DNA from: an uncultured virus (IMG/VR IMGVR_UViG_3300032086_001957)
Taxonomy: Duplodnaviria; Heunggongvirae; Uroviricota; Caudoviricetes
Virus record (IMG/VR): IMGVR_UViG_3300032086_001957
DNA length: 64,000 bases
Direction: 5' to 3' (one strand)
Both the position numbers and the translations under genes were made by a program. Shown here piece after piece: positions 46,774-55,049 of this stretch; position 1 is the first letter of the stretch; every line of letters begins with the position of its first letter. The notes below the pieces were generated by a model. The model was not told where the DNA came from. It did no database searches and saw only the letters and a program-made list of their open reading frames with translations.

Positions 46774-47177
46774 AAATCACCTTCTTTTCTGTTATTAGAA
46801 TTAAACTCACTAAAACCGCCTGGGTATCTATCTTCTAATTTGTTAATATTCATTTCTATTACTTCTTCTAAATCTGTATCAAGTGCAATACAAGCTTGAC
46901 AAACATACCAAAGTATATCACCTAATTCTCTTTTCAAATGAAACTTGGTTTCTTCTTCAATAGGTTTTCCTTGGAATACTATCTTCTTAATAATTTCTGC
47001 GAACTCACCAGATTCTGATGACAAACCCATTGCGGCTGTAATAATTCTTTCTGGTGGTAATCTATGTTCTCTAATTAAGTCAATTGTATCTTTAAAATAT
47101 CTTGTGTCTTTTGATTGTTGACTAGTTGTAAAATCTACAAAATCTTGATACTTTTTTAAATAACCATTTTTAATCAT
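46770..47177 (-). CDS. MazG-like NTP pyrophosphohydrolase
   Basis: [23 protein letters not shown]. Confidence 0.9.
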   Translation of the reverse strand: MIKNGYLKKYQDFVDFTTSQQSKDTRYFKDTIDLIREHRLPPERIITAAMGLSSESGEFAEIIKKIVFQGKPIEEETKFHLKRELGDILWYVCQACIALDTDLEEVIEMNINKLEDRYPGGFSEFNSNNRKEGDL

Positions 47178-47197
47178 TATATATTCTCCTTAATCTC

Positions 47198-48037
47198 TTA
47201 TCTTATATAATTACTATTCCCTATGCACCAAAAACAAGACTTCTCATTTTTATCTACAATTTGTTCCATCATTTCAAAAGATTTAGATTCATAAATCATA
47301 TCCAATTCAAATCCAACATTCTTTTGTAATAATTTATTATAAGGATATTTACCAGTATGATATTCATACTCATATTCCCAAACTGCACCTTCCAAGTTTT
47401 TATGTATATCTTTTCGTCTATCAAATCCAAAAGGTTGTAATGCAACTACCTTAAATTGTTTTTGAAACAAACGAACACCTTCAATAACACCAGTAAATGT
47501 CATACCACTTCCAAGTGGAACATACAAGGTATCACAATCTACATTTTTTACTTGTTCTGCAATTCTACCTACAATAGATGAACGATATCTTTGAGCCGCA
47601 TAACCAAATAAAACTTTAAACATTGGTCTTTCTTCTGCGAGTTTATTTAAGTTTGCATATAAAACATTATTGAAACCTTGCGATTCACTTAACACGACCA
47701 TTTCAGAACCCAAGTCTGCACATAGTTTCATCGCTTTATTCTTAAGTGCTTTTTCTACAGTTGTATTACCAAATCCAATAATTGATTTCAAACCAAATTC
47801 TTCTGCAACTTTTGATACGATAACTGCTTGTGGTGAGTGAATAGAACTTGCAGTAGAAATAGTACCACCACATTCTTCTTTGATATATTCAAGATTTGTT
47901 TTTATCAAATCTCTACATTGTCTAATTTTACCACCAGTTACAAAATTTTCACCATATGGTGCATATAAATCATCTCTTTTAAAAAATATACCATTGTGTT
48001 CTTCAACTGGTGTCAAACCCTCATCATAATTTATCAT
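47198..48037 (-). CDS. Fold-type II PLP enzyme (ACC deaminase/D-cysteine desulfhydrase-like)
   Basis: LTPVE....FKRDD, GGKIRQ, SPQ, GSGMT, LD.IYESK. Confidence 0.8.
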   Translation of the reverse strand: MINYDEGLTPVEEHNGIFFKRDDLYAPYGENFVTGGKIRQCRDLIKTNLEYIKEECGGTISTASSIHSPQAVIVSKVAEEFGLKSIIGFGNTTVEKALKNKAMKLCADLGSEMVVLSESQGFNNVLYANLNKLAEERPMFKVLFGYAAQRYRSSIVGRIAEQVKNVDCDTLYVPLGSGMTFTGVIEGVRLFQKQFKVVALQPFGFDRRKDIHKNLEGAVWEYEYEYHTGKYPYNKLLQKNVGFELDMIYESKSFEMMEQIVDKNEKSCFWCIGNSNYIR

Positions 48038-49293
48038 ACAAAAAAGTTCTCCAAAGTATTTCTTTTAATATCTTTAAACAAATCTATTTCTTTGTCTTTA
48101 CTGAAACACCATACATTTTCAATATATGTTTTATTCATATATTCTGTCATTGCAGTCTTATCAAAGTTACCATCTTTATCAGAAAAAACAGCTTTACCTT
48201 GTGGTCGAGCCATTATCCTCATACCAATTTGACCCATAAAATATGGAAGTAACATATCTACAAGTTCATCACCAGAACGATACCTTTTTCCTTTTACTTT
48301 TGGATCGAGAATATTCACCATCATTACACCATTATCTGATAACGAATCAAAAGTATTTTGTGATACTGGTAAATAAAAATTATCTCTCCAAGATTCATAT
48401 TCATTAAACTTGAACCATGATTGTAATTCTTGTTTTTCACCACCCTCATTGTATCTTTCAGTAGAAAAATATGGTGGTGAAGTAAATGCACAATCAACAT
48501 TGTTAATTTCATTCCAAGGTAAATCTTCTGCACCACAATTATACATCTTTACAGTTTTCTTATTACCAGTAAGTTTATTCCAAAAATCAATCATCTTCTG
48601 GTATCTTTTAAATGTATTAGGATTTGGATCACAACCAATGTAATGAGTTGCGTTAGAAGCATAAAAGCCTGTAAGTCTATCACCCCAACCCATAGAAGTA
48701 TCTAACACAGTTTTTGCATTGGTCATATTATAAATTGTTTTCGCAACAATAGGTTTGAACTGTGTTGCAATATAAGTACCCAATCTAAATGACATTGTGT
48801 ATGTATCTGGTTGTAATTCTTGTTTGTCATTTACACCTCTCCATATAGGCCCAAACGCACCCCAGATGTTATCACCCTCATTCCATCTTTTTACTGGAGA
48901 ACTGAATCCATATGAACCACACGACATTCTTAAATCATTCATAAATGAATCTGCACAATAATTAAATACAGATGGACAATCAATTACACCTAATCCATAT
49001 TTGTCATATGAATATTTGTAATCGTCATATTTTTCCATTACATTATCAGGTTGACTTAAGTAAGTTGTATAATCTGCTTTTTGTAATTTACGAAAATTAT
49101 CAATTACTTTTTCTGTACTGAATTCTTTGAGAGGATATGGTGGTTTTTCTTTCGTAATAAACTCTGCAAGGGTTTTACGAAAAACTTCTTTACCATATTT
49201 TTCTGTGGTATTAAGAAACATGGACTTCTGCATTACAGGAAGTCCATTGTTGTTCACGCATTTTTTCAATAAATCATATAATTCTTCATTCAT
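48034..49293 (-). CDS. SAM-dependent amino-DNA-methyltransferase-fold protein
   Basis: QFKP..AK.IY, VLDTSMGWGDRL (motif I), YIGCDPN, FTSPPYF..E.Y (motif IV). Confidence 0.8.
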   Translation of the reverse strand: MNEELYDLLKKCVNNNGLPVMQKSMFLNTTEKYGKEVFRKTLAEFITKEKPPYPLKEFSTEKVIDNFRKLQKADYTTYLSQPDNVMEKYDDYKYSYDKYGLGVIDCPSVFNYCADSFMNDLRMSCGSYGFSSPVKRWNEGDNIWGAFGPIWRGVNDKQELQPDTYTMSFRLGTYIATQFKPIVAKTIYNMTNAKTVLDTSMGWGDRLTGFYASNATHYIGCDPNPNTFKRYQKMIDFWNKLTGNKKTVKMYNCGAEDLPWNEINNVDCAFTSPPYFSTERYNEGGEKQELQSWFKFNEYESWRDNFYLPVSQNTFDSLSDNGVMMVNILDPKVKGKRYRSGDELVDMLLPYFMGQIGMRIMARPQGKAVFSDKDGNFDKTAMTEYMNKTYIENVWCFSKDKEIDLFKDIKRNTLENFFV

Positions 49294-49300
49294 AATATAG

Positions 49301-49329
49301 AGTATACACTAAAAAATTGTTGTTGTCAA
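49301..49329 (-). promoter_or_regulatory. Sigma70 promoter, probably leaderless MTase mRNA
   Basis: TTGACA-17-TATACT; ATG at 49293. Confidence 0.7.
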
Positions 49330-49330
49330 A

Positions 49331-49576
49331 CTAACCAAAAAGAGTTTCTTGATTCTTTTCAGGGTCATCTTCTCCGTGAGCTTCATAAGGATAATGCTTG
49401 ATAAGTGTATTTAATTTATCTTCTGCATCAGTTAGTTTTTTCAATTCACAATCTACTGCACTTACTAAATCAGGATGTTCTCCTACACCAACTGGATTAT
49501 TCCTGTACACCTCAATGTTTGCCTTTGCAGATGCAATTTCATATTGATATTTTGCTCGTAAAGCTTTTATAATCAT
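49331..49576 (-). CDS. Conserved small hypothetical protein
   Basis: A.ANI.VY..NPVG.GEH.D. Confidence 0.75.
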   Translation of the reverse strand: MIIKALRAKYQYEIASAKANIEVYRNNPVGVGEHPDLVSAVDCELKKLTDAEDKLNTLIKHYPYEAHGEDDPEKNQETLFG

Positions 49577-49980
49577 TCTTCTGTCCTTTTATTTCCAATA
49601 TTATATTTTGTTTCTAAAATCCATTCTCCCTTTTCTTTAAATGAAATTACTTTGATTTGAGAGAGTGGTGCTTTGTTATCTATGTTACCAACTACTTCGA
49701 CTAAACCCCAATCTTTTAATAGTTGAGCTATAGAATTTCTTCTTGCAATGTCATTACCTGATATGTTAGTTTGTTTGCCGTCTAGAGCAAACAACTCTTT
49801 GAAATGTACTAGGTAATAACTTCCTTGCTTGTGTAGGATGTGACAACTTTGATATAACTTTTTTTCTTTTCGAGATGCAACACCTATTCTTGAAAGTGTT
49901 TCTCTAACTTTTAAAAAGTCATCTGGTTCTTTTAGTTTGATTTCGAGCATCTGCTCTGGATTCCATATTACATCATTCAT
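49573..49980 (-). CDS. regA: Translational repressor RegA
   Basis: PDDFLKVRETLSRIG.AS, LYQSCHILHKQG.Y..VHFKELF.LDG. Confidence 0.97.
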   Translation of the reverse strand: MNDVIWNPEQMLEIKLKEPDDFLKVRETLSRIGVASRKEKKLYQSCHILHKQGSYYLVHFKELFALDGKQTNISGNDIARRNSIAQLLKDWGLVEVVGNIDNKAPLSQIKVISFKEKGEWILETKYNIGNKRTEE

Positions 49981-50363
49981 TTTCTTCCACCTTTGTTTAG
50001 TTTTTTTCTTATAGTGGTTATTTGTTCTTTAGTTAGTATCTTCAGAGCCGTTTTAGCCTTTTCATTACTATAACCATAATACTCTTTTACATACTCTATG
50101 TCTTTAATTTTACCACTTCTGACATAAGGTTCAAATCGCTTTCGCTTTCTAATACTATTTAGTAAAAAGTCAAATTGTAACTTTTTGTCTAAATGATGCC
50201 TCATGTTAATCTCATTGACTAACATAATTGTGTCATTGTGTGGTGCTAGACATTTATTAACAATGTAAGGTGGATATTTCTTCTTCCAAGTTTCATCATC
50301 ACTATCTAGTAACTTTTCTTTTGTGTAATTAATTGCGTTTAGATAATCTTTTAATTCGTACAT
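49977..50363 (-). CDS. gp62: Clamp loader small subunit gp62
   Basis: YPPYIVN, NE.N, QFDFL.NS.RKRKRF, YYGYS..KA. Confidence 0.93.
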   Translation of the reverse strand: MYELKDYLNAINYTKEKLLDSDDETWKKKYPPYIVNKCLAPHNDTIMLVNEINMRHHLDKKLQFDFLLNSIRKRKRFEPYVRSGKIKDIEYVKEYYGYSNEKAKTALKILTKEQITTIRKKLNKGGRK

Positions 50364-51301
50364 TACTTAAACTTCACTTGTGACATGGTTTCTAACATAA
50401 ATGCTAACATATTAATTTCTTGATCGGCTACAAATGCAGACTTGTATTGATAATCTGCAACTAACAAAACTAAATGTGGTACAGTTGATGGTTCAATCTT
50501 ATCATACAATGTATCATATATCTTTTTAAATATAGACGCATCATTATCAAGATTGTTTACAACCCATTTACGAATAGATTTAAAATCTTTTTCTTTTAAG
50601 AATGTTACTAAATCTTTCATATTAGTTTCTGAAATACTAACTAATATACCTGAATCAATTTTACCTGATGCAGAATATCTTTGTAACTCATTCAATATTC
50701 TTCTCCAATCAGGGAAATGTTTTTGAATCAATTCAACAACTGGTCTTGGTTCAAAATCAATTTCTTCTTCAGTTAAAATAGTTTCTATTCTTTTGAAAAA
50801 AGTTTGTGCAAGTTTTGGTTTCTCAGCTGTGGGTATTACAAAATCAACACCAGAACATCTTGATTGTAAAGGTTCTAGAATTTTGTTTTTGTAATTACAA
50901 GTAAATATGAAACCACAATTCTTATGAAATTCTTCAATAAAACTTCTTAATGCAGGTTGAACAGATTCAGGATTGAGATAGTCTGCTTCGTCAAGAATAA
51001 CATACTTTCTTTCACCACCAATAGACATTGTAGAAGCAAAGTTTTTTATCTTTGTTCTTAAAACATCTATCTGTCTACCTTCATCAGAACCATTGATTAG
51101 AATATAAGTACAACCTAATTCTTCTAATACTGCCTTTGCAACAGTAGTCTTTCCTACACCAGGCTTACCTGATAATAGTAAATTAGGTATGTGTTTATTA
51201 TCTACAAATTTTTGAAATGTATTTTTTATTTCTTTTGGTAAAATACAATCACCAATCTTGTTGGGTCGATACTTCTCGACCCAAAGCATCACATCATTCA
51301 T
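50363..51301 (-). CDS. gp44: Clamp loader ATPase gp44
   Basis: LWVEKYRP, GVGKTT, DEAD, SRC, FPDWRR..NELQ. Confidence 0.96.
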   Translation of the reverse strand: MNDVMLWVEKYRPNKIGDCILPKEIKNTFQKFVDNKHIPNLLLSGKPGVGKTTVAKAVLEELGCTYILINGSDEGRQIDVLRTKIKNFASTMSIGGERKYVILDEADYLNPESVQPALRSFIEEFHKNCGFIFTCNYKNKILEPLQSRCSGVDFVIPTAEKPKLAQTFFKRIETILTEEEIDFEPRPVVELIQKHFPDWRRILNELQRYSASGKIDSGILVSISETNMKDLVTFLKEKDFKSIRKWVVNNLDNDASIFKKIYDTLYDKIEPSTVPHLVLLVADYQYKSAFVADQEINMLAFMLETMSQVKFK

Positions 51302-51322
51302 TATATAAACTCCTAACGATTA

Positions 51323-51982
51323 TTAGTTAGATTCTAGTGCAATAAAATACTCTATATCTTTTTTCTTATGTTTAAAATTAGAGATACCTTTATCACTAAC
51401 TTTAACATCATAATCGCCAGACAATAATTTTAAGTTTTCCACTTTAAAATTGTATGAAAAATCTGATTCTGCATTTTCACCAACTTTAATTGAAAAATCA
51501 TTTGATGATTTATTTTTTCTATCTGTTATTAACAAATTGATATCAGAACCTTGAGTTCCCTGTAAAACTAAATCAGGAACATTCAATACTGCGGCTGCTT
51601 TTTGTATCTGTGCAAATATACTTTCTGTCAGAACAAATTCAACTGCAACATCAGGCATTGTTATTTCTGTTTTTGGTGCAGTAACAATTGTAGGGTCTGA
51701 AAAATAATAGTTTAAAGAACTGTTACCACTTTGTTCTTTAAGTTTTACACTATCACTAGAAAAAGATAAATCAGGTTCTTTAAATAATGATAATGCAGAT
51801 AAAAATTCATTCAAGTCATATATTGCAAACTCTTGTGAAAAATTATCTGATACATTAGATAATGCAACAATGTTTTTCATTGCAGACATTGTAGCAATTT
51901 TACTACCACCTTTAACTAAAAGATTGGGATTGATTTGAGAAAAGTTTTTTAGAACTTCTCTTGTATCTTCACTTAATTTCAT
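51323..51982 (-). CDS. gp45: Sliding clamp gp45
   Basis: MKLS..T..VLKNFS.IN, FAIYDLNEFL, FKVENLK...GDY, YFIALE. Confidence 0.95.
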   Translation of the reverse strand: MKLSEDTREVLKNFSQINPNLLVKGGSKIATMSAMKNIVALSNVSDNFSQEFAIYDLNEFLSALSLFKEPDLSFSSDSVKLKEQSGNSSLNYYFSDPTIVTAPKTEITMPDVAVEFVLTESIFAQIQKAAAVLNVPDLVLQGTQGSDINLLITDRKNKSSNDFSIKVGENAESDFSYNFKVENLKLLSGDYDVKVSDKGISNFKHKKKDIEYFIALESN

Positions 51983-52142
51983 TACGATTTTCCTCATTTA
52001 ATTGTTTAGTGACTTCTTCAACTCTACTGTATAAAACATCAACTGTTGTGTGTAAATGTCCTGTATCTGTAGGTTGAATTCTTTCTTTCAAGATTCTTAT
52101 TTCATCCATCAAGAAAACTAGTCTATCAACATTGCTTATCAT
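51969..52142 (-). CDS. Small hypothetical protein (57 aa, not in ORF track)
   Basis: MISNVDRLVFL.DEI..L..R..P.DTGH.HT. Confidence 0.6.
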   Translation of the reverse strand: MISNVDRLVFLMDEIRILKERIQPTDTGHLHTTVDVLYSRVEEVTKQLNEENRNEIK

Positions 52143-52423
52143 TTTTTACCTTTCAGTATTTCATCATGATTATAAATTGCCATGATTGTGTAATGTATTA
52201 TCTTCATCAAATCATTACGATTGTATCCACTTTTCTTTCCATATCTTTGTGCATACTTCATAATGTTACCAATACAAAAACCTTCACCATGACCATTGTC
52301 CATTATAAATTCAGTTGCTTGAAATTTATTTCTGGAGTAATGTTCAGAGTATGTCTTTGCAACATACTCTGAAACATCTTTAAGGATTTTGTCCTCATTA
52401 TACTTACAGTTTTTAATAGGCAT
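52139..52423 (-). CDS. DUF3310-like protein
   Basis: Y..HY, GFC.GN.MKY..RYGKK, DL.K..HY. Confidence 0.8.
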   Translation of the reverse strand: MPIKNCKYNEDKILKDVSEYVAKTYSEHYSRNKFQATEFIMDNGHGEGFCIGNIMKYAQRYGKKSGYNRNDLMKIIHYTIMAIYNHDEILKGKK

Positions 52424-52667
52424 ACTGTGTATCGAGAACCTTTTCGATTCCTGCGGCTATGATAGCTTTAGAAGGTGTTCCAAGTCTATAATTGACTTCA
52501 CCATCTACTTTATTTTCATAAATGCAGAAACCTCTTTTGCGAAGTGTATGAATTAACTTCGTAGGTGAGGTTAAGTCAAATCTGCTTCTTAAAGTTTTCC
52601 AAGAAACATTTTTGCCCTTCATAAGTAGATTTACTACTTTTTGAGTTTTACTTAACTTTTTATACAT
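52413..52667 (-). CDS. Winged-HTH-like protein
   Basis: SKTQKV..LL, RF.L.SP...I..LR..G..IY.N, YRLG.PSK. Confidence 0.6.
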   Translation of the reverse strand: MYKKLSKTQKVVNLLMKGKNVSWKTLRSRFDLTSPTKLIHTLRKRGFCIYENKVDGEVNYRLGTPSKAIIAAGIEKVLDTQYAY

Positions 52668-52696
52668 AATATATCTCCATAACGATTTAATAACAA

Positions 52697-52726
52697 ATTA
52701 TAACACAAAATAAACTTATTTGTCAA
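52697..52726 (-). promoter_or_regulatory. Sigma70-type promoter
   Basis: TTGACA-18-TATAAT. Confidence 0.6.
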
Positions 52727-52729
52727 GTA

Positions 52730-53152
52730 TTACTTTATGTCTATCAAACGAGGCTTCTTTTCCTCTGGAATGATTCTTTCAAGGTCAATAACCAAAAGTC
52801 CATGTTCTAATGATGCACCATTTACAACAACATCTTCAGCAAGGTTAAACTTTCTTTCAAAATGTCTTTTTGAAATACCTCTGTGTAGATATTCTTGATC
52901 GTCATCTTTAGAAACATCTTTTGTTCTTATAACAAGAACATTTTCTTTGGTTTCAATTTCGATATCATCTTTTTGAAAACCAGCAAGTGCAATTTCAATT
53001 TTGTACTTGTCGTCTTTCTCATGAATGATATTGTATGGTGGGTAGCTTTGATTAGAATATACATCATCTAATAATCTATCGAACATTCTATCAAAACCAA
53101 TTGAGTATGTTTTGACCCTAGCAGGGTCGAGGTGTGCTAATGAATTTACCAT
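52730..53152 (-). CDS. Small heat-shock protein Hsp20 (IbpA-like)
   Basis: IGFDR.F, YPPYNI, EIALAGF, YLHRGIS.R.F, GLL.I.L...IPE..KPR.I.I. Confidence 0.96.
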   Translation of the reverse strand: MVNSLAHLDPARVKTYSIGFDRMFDRLLDDVYSNQSYPPYNIIHEKDDKYKIEIALAGFQKDDIEIETKENVLVIRTKDVSKDDDQEYLHRGISKRHFERKFNLAEDVVVNGASLEHGLLVIDLERIIPEEKKPRLIDIK

Positions 53153-53158
53153 TGTATT

Positions 53159-53220
53159 ATCTCCTATTTAGCAAGATTAAAATGTAATACCCATAAGGCA
53201 TATTACGATAACTATTTATA
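53159..53220 (-). promoter_or_regulatory. Late promoter plus ROSE-like RNA thermometer of hsp20
   Basis: TATAAATA 53220-53213; leader hairpin; AUCUUGCU-AAAU-AGGAGAU pairs the SD with a bulged G. Confidence 0.7.
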
Positions 53221-53231
53221 CAAAAAGTATA

Positions 53232-53437
53232 AAAGAAATGATAATTTTTTTCTTTTTGGTGAGTGTAAAAAATTATCAAAAAACATTAACTCGGCAATTT
53301 AAGTTTCGTTTTTAGGAAAAATAAACTTAGCGCAGATGCTGAAACAAAACCGTAAAAGTTTTTTTTGGTTACGGATTAAAAACTTTCTGAAAACATATCC
53401 GTTCATATGAGGCTACCTAATAGGACTACCTCTGAAC
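53232..53437 (-). ncRNA. Putative structured ncRNA: hairpin plus tandem H-type pseudoknot modules
   Basis: Two clear P1/P2 crossing stem sets with shared AUGUUUU and ACCAAAAA linkers, one degenerate copy between them. Confidence 0.55.
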
Positions 53438-53438
53438 C

Positions 53439-54344
53439 TTAAGCAACTTCAGCATACTCAAGTGCTTTATCCAAAGCGTTGAGTTTAACTTTACGATTTC
53501 TACCGTACCATGCAGATACAAGTCTTGAATCGTTTTCTCTACCTTGCAAATGGTCAGTCATGTAAGTAACAGCATTAAATGCTTGCCACCATGAACCCTC
53601 ACCATATTTTGCACCAGGCTGAGTTTGTAAGTTATCATGTGCAAGTGAAGCGTTTCTAGAATTTTCACCAAAAACATCATTGAAGTATGCAGTAACATTT
53701 TCAGCAGTATATCTTTTTTTACCAAGAAATTGTGCCATTGATTTGTACTGTTCCATCTTCTCTCTTGCAATACCCATTTGTTGTTTAACTTCTTCTGCAT
53801 CAAATGGTTTTCTATGATTTACTGTTAACATTTTATCTGTACTTTGATTTAAAGACAATGTTAAAGTATTATTACATACAACTCGAACAGGTGTCATTCT
53901 GATATCAATACATTTACCAAACTTGTGTGGGTTTGTAAATAAGAAATAATTATCAGTAATATCACCATTGAATAATTCAAATGAATCTTTTGTTTTAGCA
54001 AGAGCCCAAACAATTTCACCATTTTTCAACGAACCTGCTGTGTGCATTTCCATATCACCTGCATTTACATATTCAGTAAAAAAATCAAATGCTTCTGAAT
54101 TTTGAACTGGATTCCAATTAGAACCAACAATATCTAAAACAGTATTATCTGATTGTCTTACAAGTGCTCTTTTACCATGCACTTCTGCACCAGATGATGT
54201 TGTAATAGTTTCTTTCTCAACTTTCCAATCAAGACCTGCTTTTCTCATAAATTGTTCAGTTGTCAAGTCAGCAGGAACTTTCTCTCCAAGACCGTGCCAT
54301 GGAACTTCACCTGCATAAGCCATTGTTTCTACATTGTGTGACAT
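53439..54344 (-). CDS. DUF932 / TIGR03299-family protein
   Basis: MSHNVETMAY....PWHGLG, AGLDW.V, PVQN.EAF, TAGSL..G, RVVCNNTL, W.AFNAVT. Confidence 0.92.
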   Translation of the reverse strand: MSHNVETMAYAGEVPWHGLGEKVPADLTTEQFMRKAGLDWKVEKETITTSSGAEVHGKRALVRQSDNTVLDIVGSNWNPVQNSEAFDFFTEYVNAGDMEMHTAGSLKNGEIVWALAKTKDSFELFNGDITDNYFLFTNPHKFGKCIDIRMTPVRVVCNNTLTLSLNQSTDKMLTVNHRKPFDAEEVKQQMGIAREKMEQYKSMAQFLGKKRYTAENVTAYFNDVFGENSRNASLAHDNLQTQPGAKYGEGSWWQAFNAVTYMTDHLQGRENDSRLVSAWYGRNRKVKLNALDKALEYAEVA

Positions 54345-54379
54345 TTTCTCTCCTTTTAGTTAATTAAGTTTATGAGTAC

Positions 54380-54449
54380 ATTATACTTGTTTTGATAACA
54401 TTTGTCAATACTTATAACGAAAAAAGAATTGTTTAAAATCAAGGACTTA
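54380..54449 (-). promoter_or_regulatory. Sigma70 promoter with conserved upstream TAAGTCCTTGATTTTAA box
   Basis: Box 54449-54433, T-tract, TTGACA 54408-54403, 17 nt, TATAAT. Confidence 0.75.
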
Positions 54450-55049
54450 CTGAACCAGTTCTGTGAAATGTTTCCAATCTTTAACAAAATGTATATCTTT
54501 TCGATATTTGCCTTCATCTTTGTATTTTAAGTTGTAATCATGTTCCATGATAACAGATTTCAGTCCATGTGTCAAACCTGATTCTGCGTGTCTAGGTTTA
54601 TCATCTAACCAGTAATAATTTGTTCCTTTGTATTCTGATAGAGCTTTAAGTTTACTTCCTCTAAATGGTGTCCATACTACTTTTGTGATTGCTTCACCAA
54701 AATACTTTTTAAGATTATGTACTCGTAATGCTTTAGAATAATAGTCACCACCAAATGCAGTTATCACATGAAACTCATAACCATATTCTTCATGTAATCT
54801 TTTTATACCTGCAACTGCATCTCTAATTGATGGAACAAATCTTACCCATGCAGAATGATTAAATTCTTGACATAACGCATCATGTTCATCTAAAGTTAAA
54901 TCATATCGTTTTAATAACACTTGACCATAAACTTCATAAGATTCTATTGGTCTACTTTTGTAACCTCTTTTGTCCATCCATTTAGAAAAATGATTATACC
55001 AATCTAAAAGAACACCATCACAATCAGTTAGTATTACTTTCTTACTCAT
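54447..55049 (-). CDS. HAD-family 5'(3')-nucleotidase-like protein
   Basis: ILTDCDGVLLDW, VITA, WLDDKP. Confidence 0.85.
   Translation of the reverse strand: MSKKVILTDCDGVLLDWYNHFSKWMDKRGYKSRPIESYEVYGQVLLKRYDLTLDEHDALCQEFNHSAWVRFVPSIRDAVAGIKRLHEEYGYEFHVITAFGGDYYSKALRVHNLKKYFGEAITKVVWTPFRGSKLKALSEYKGTNYYWLDDKPRHAESGLTHGLKSVIMEHDYNLKYKDEGKYRKDIHFVKDWKHFTELVQ

Noticed and set aside
53114..53128. GACCCT/AGGGTC hairpin early in the hsp20 coding region
   Set aside because: Short stem within a CDS with no U-tail; insufficient evidence of function
53232..53437. tmRNA or tRNA interpretation of the pseudoknot region
   Set aside because: No tRNA-like acceptor stem, T-arm or CCA end and no tag reading frame; no tRNA genes were recognised anywhere in the window
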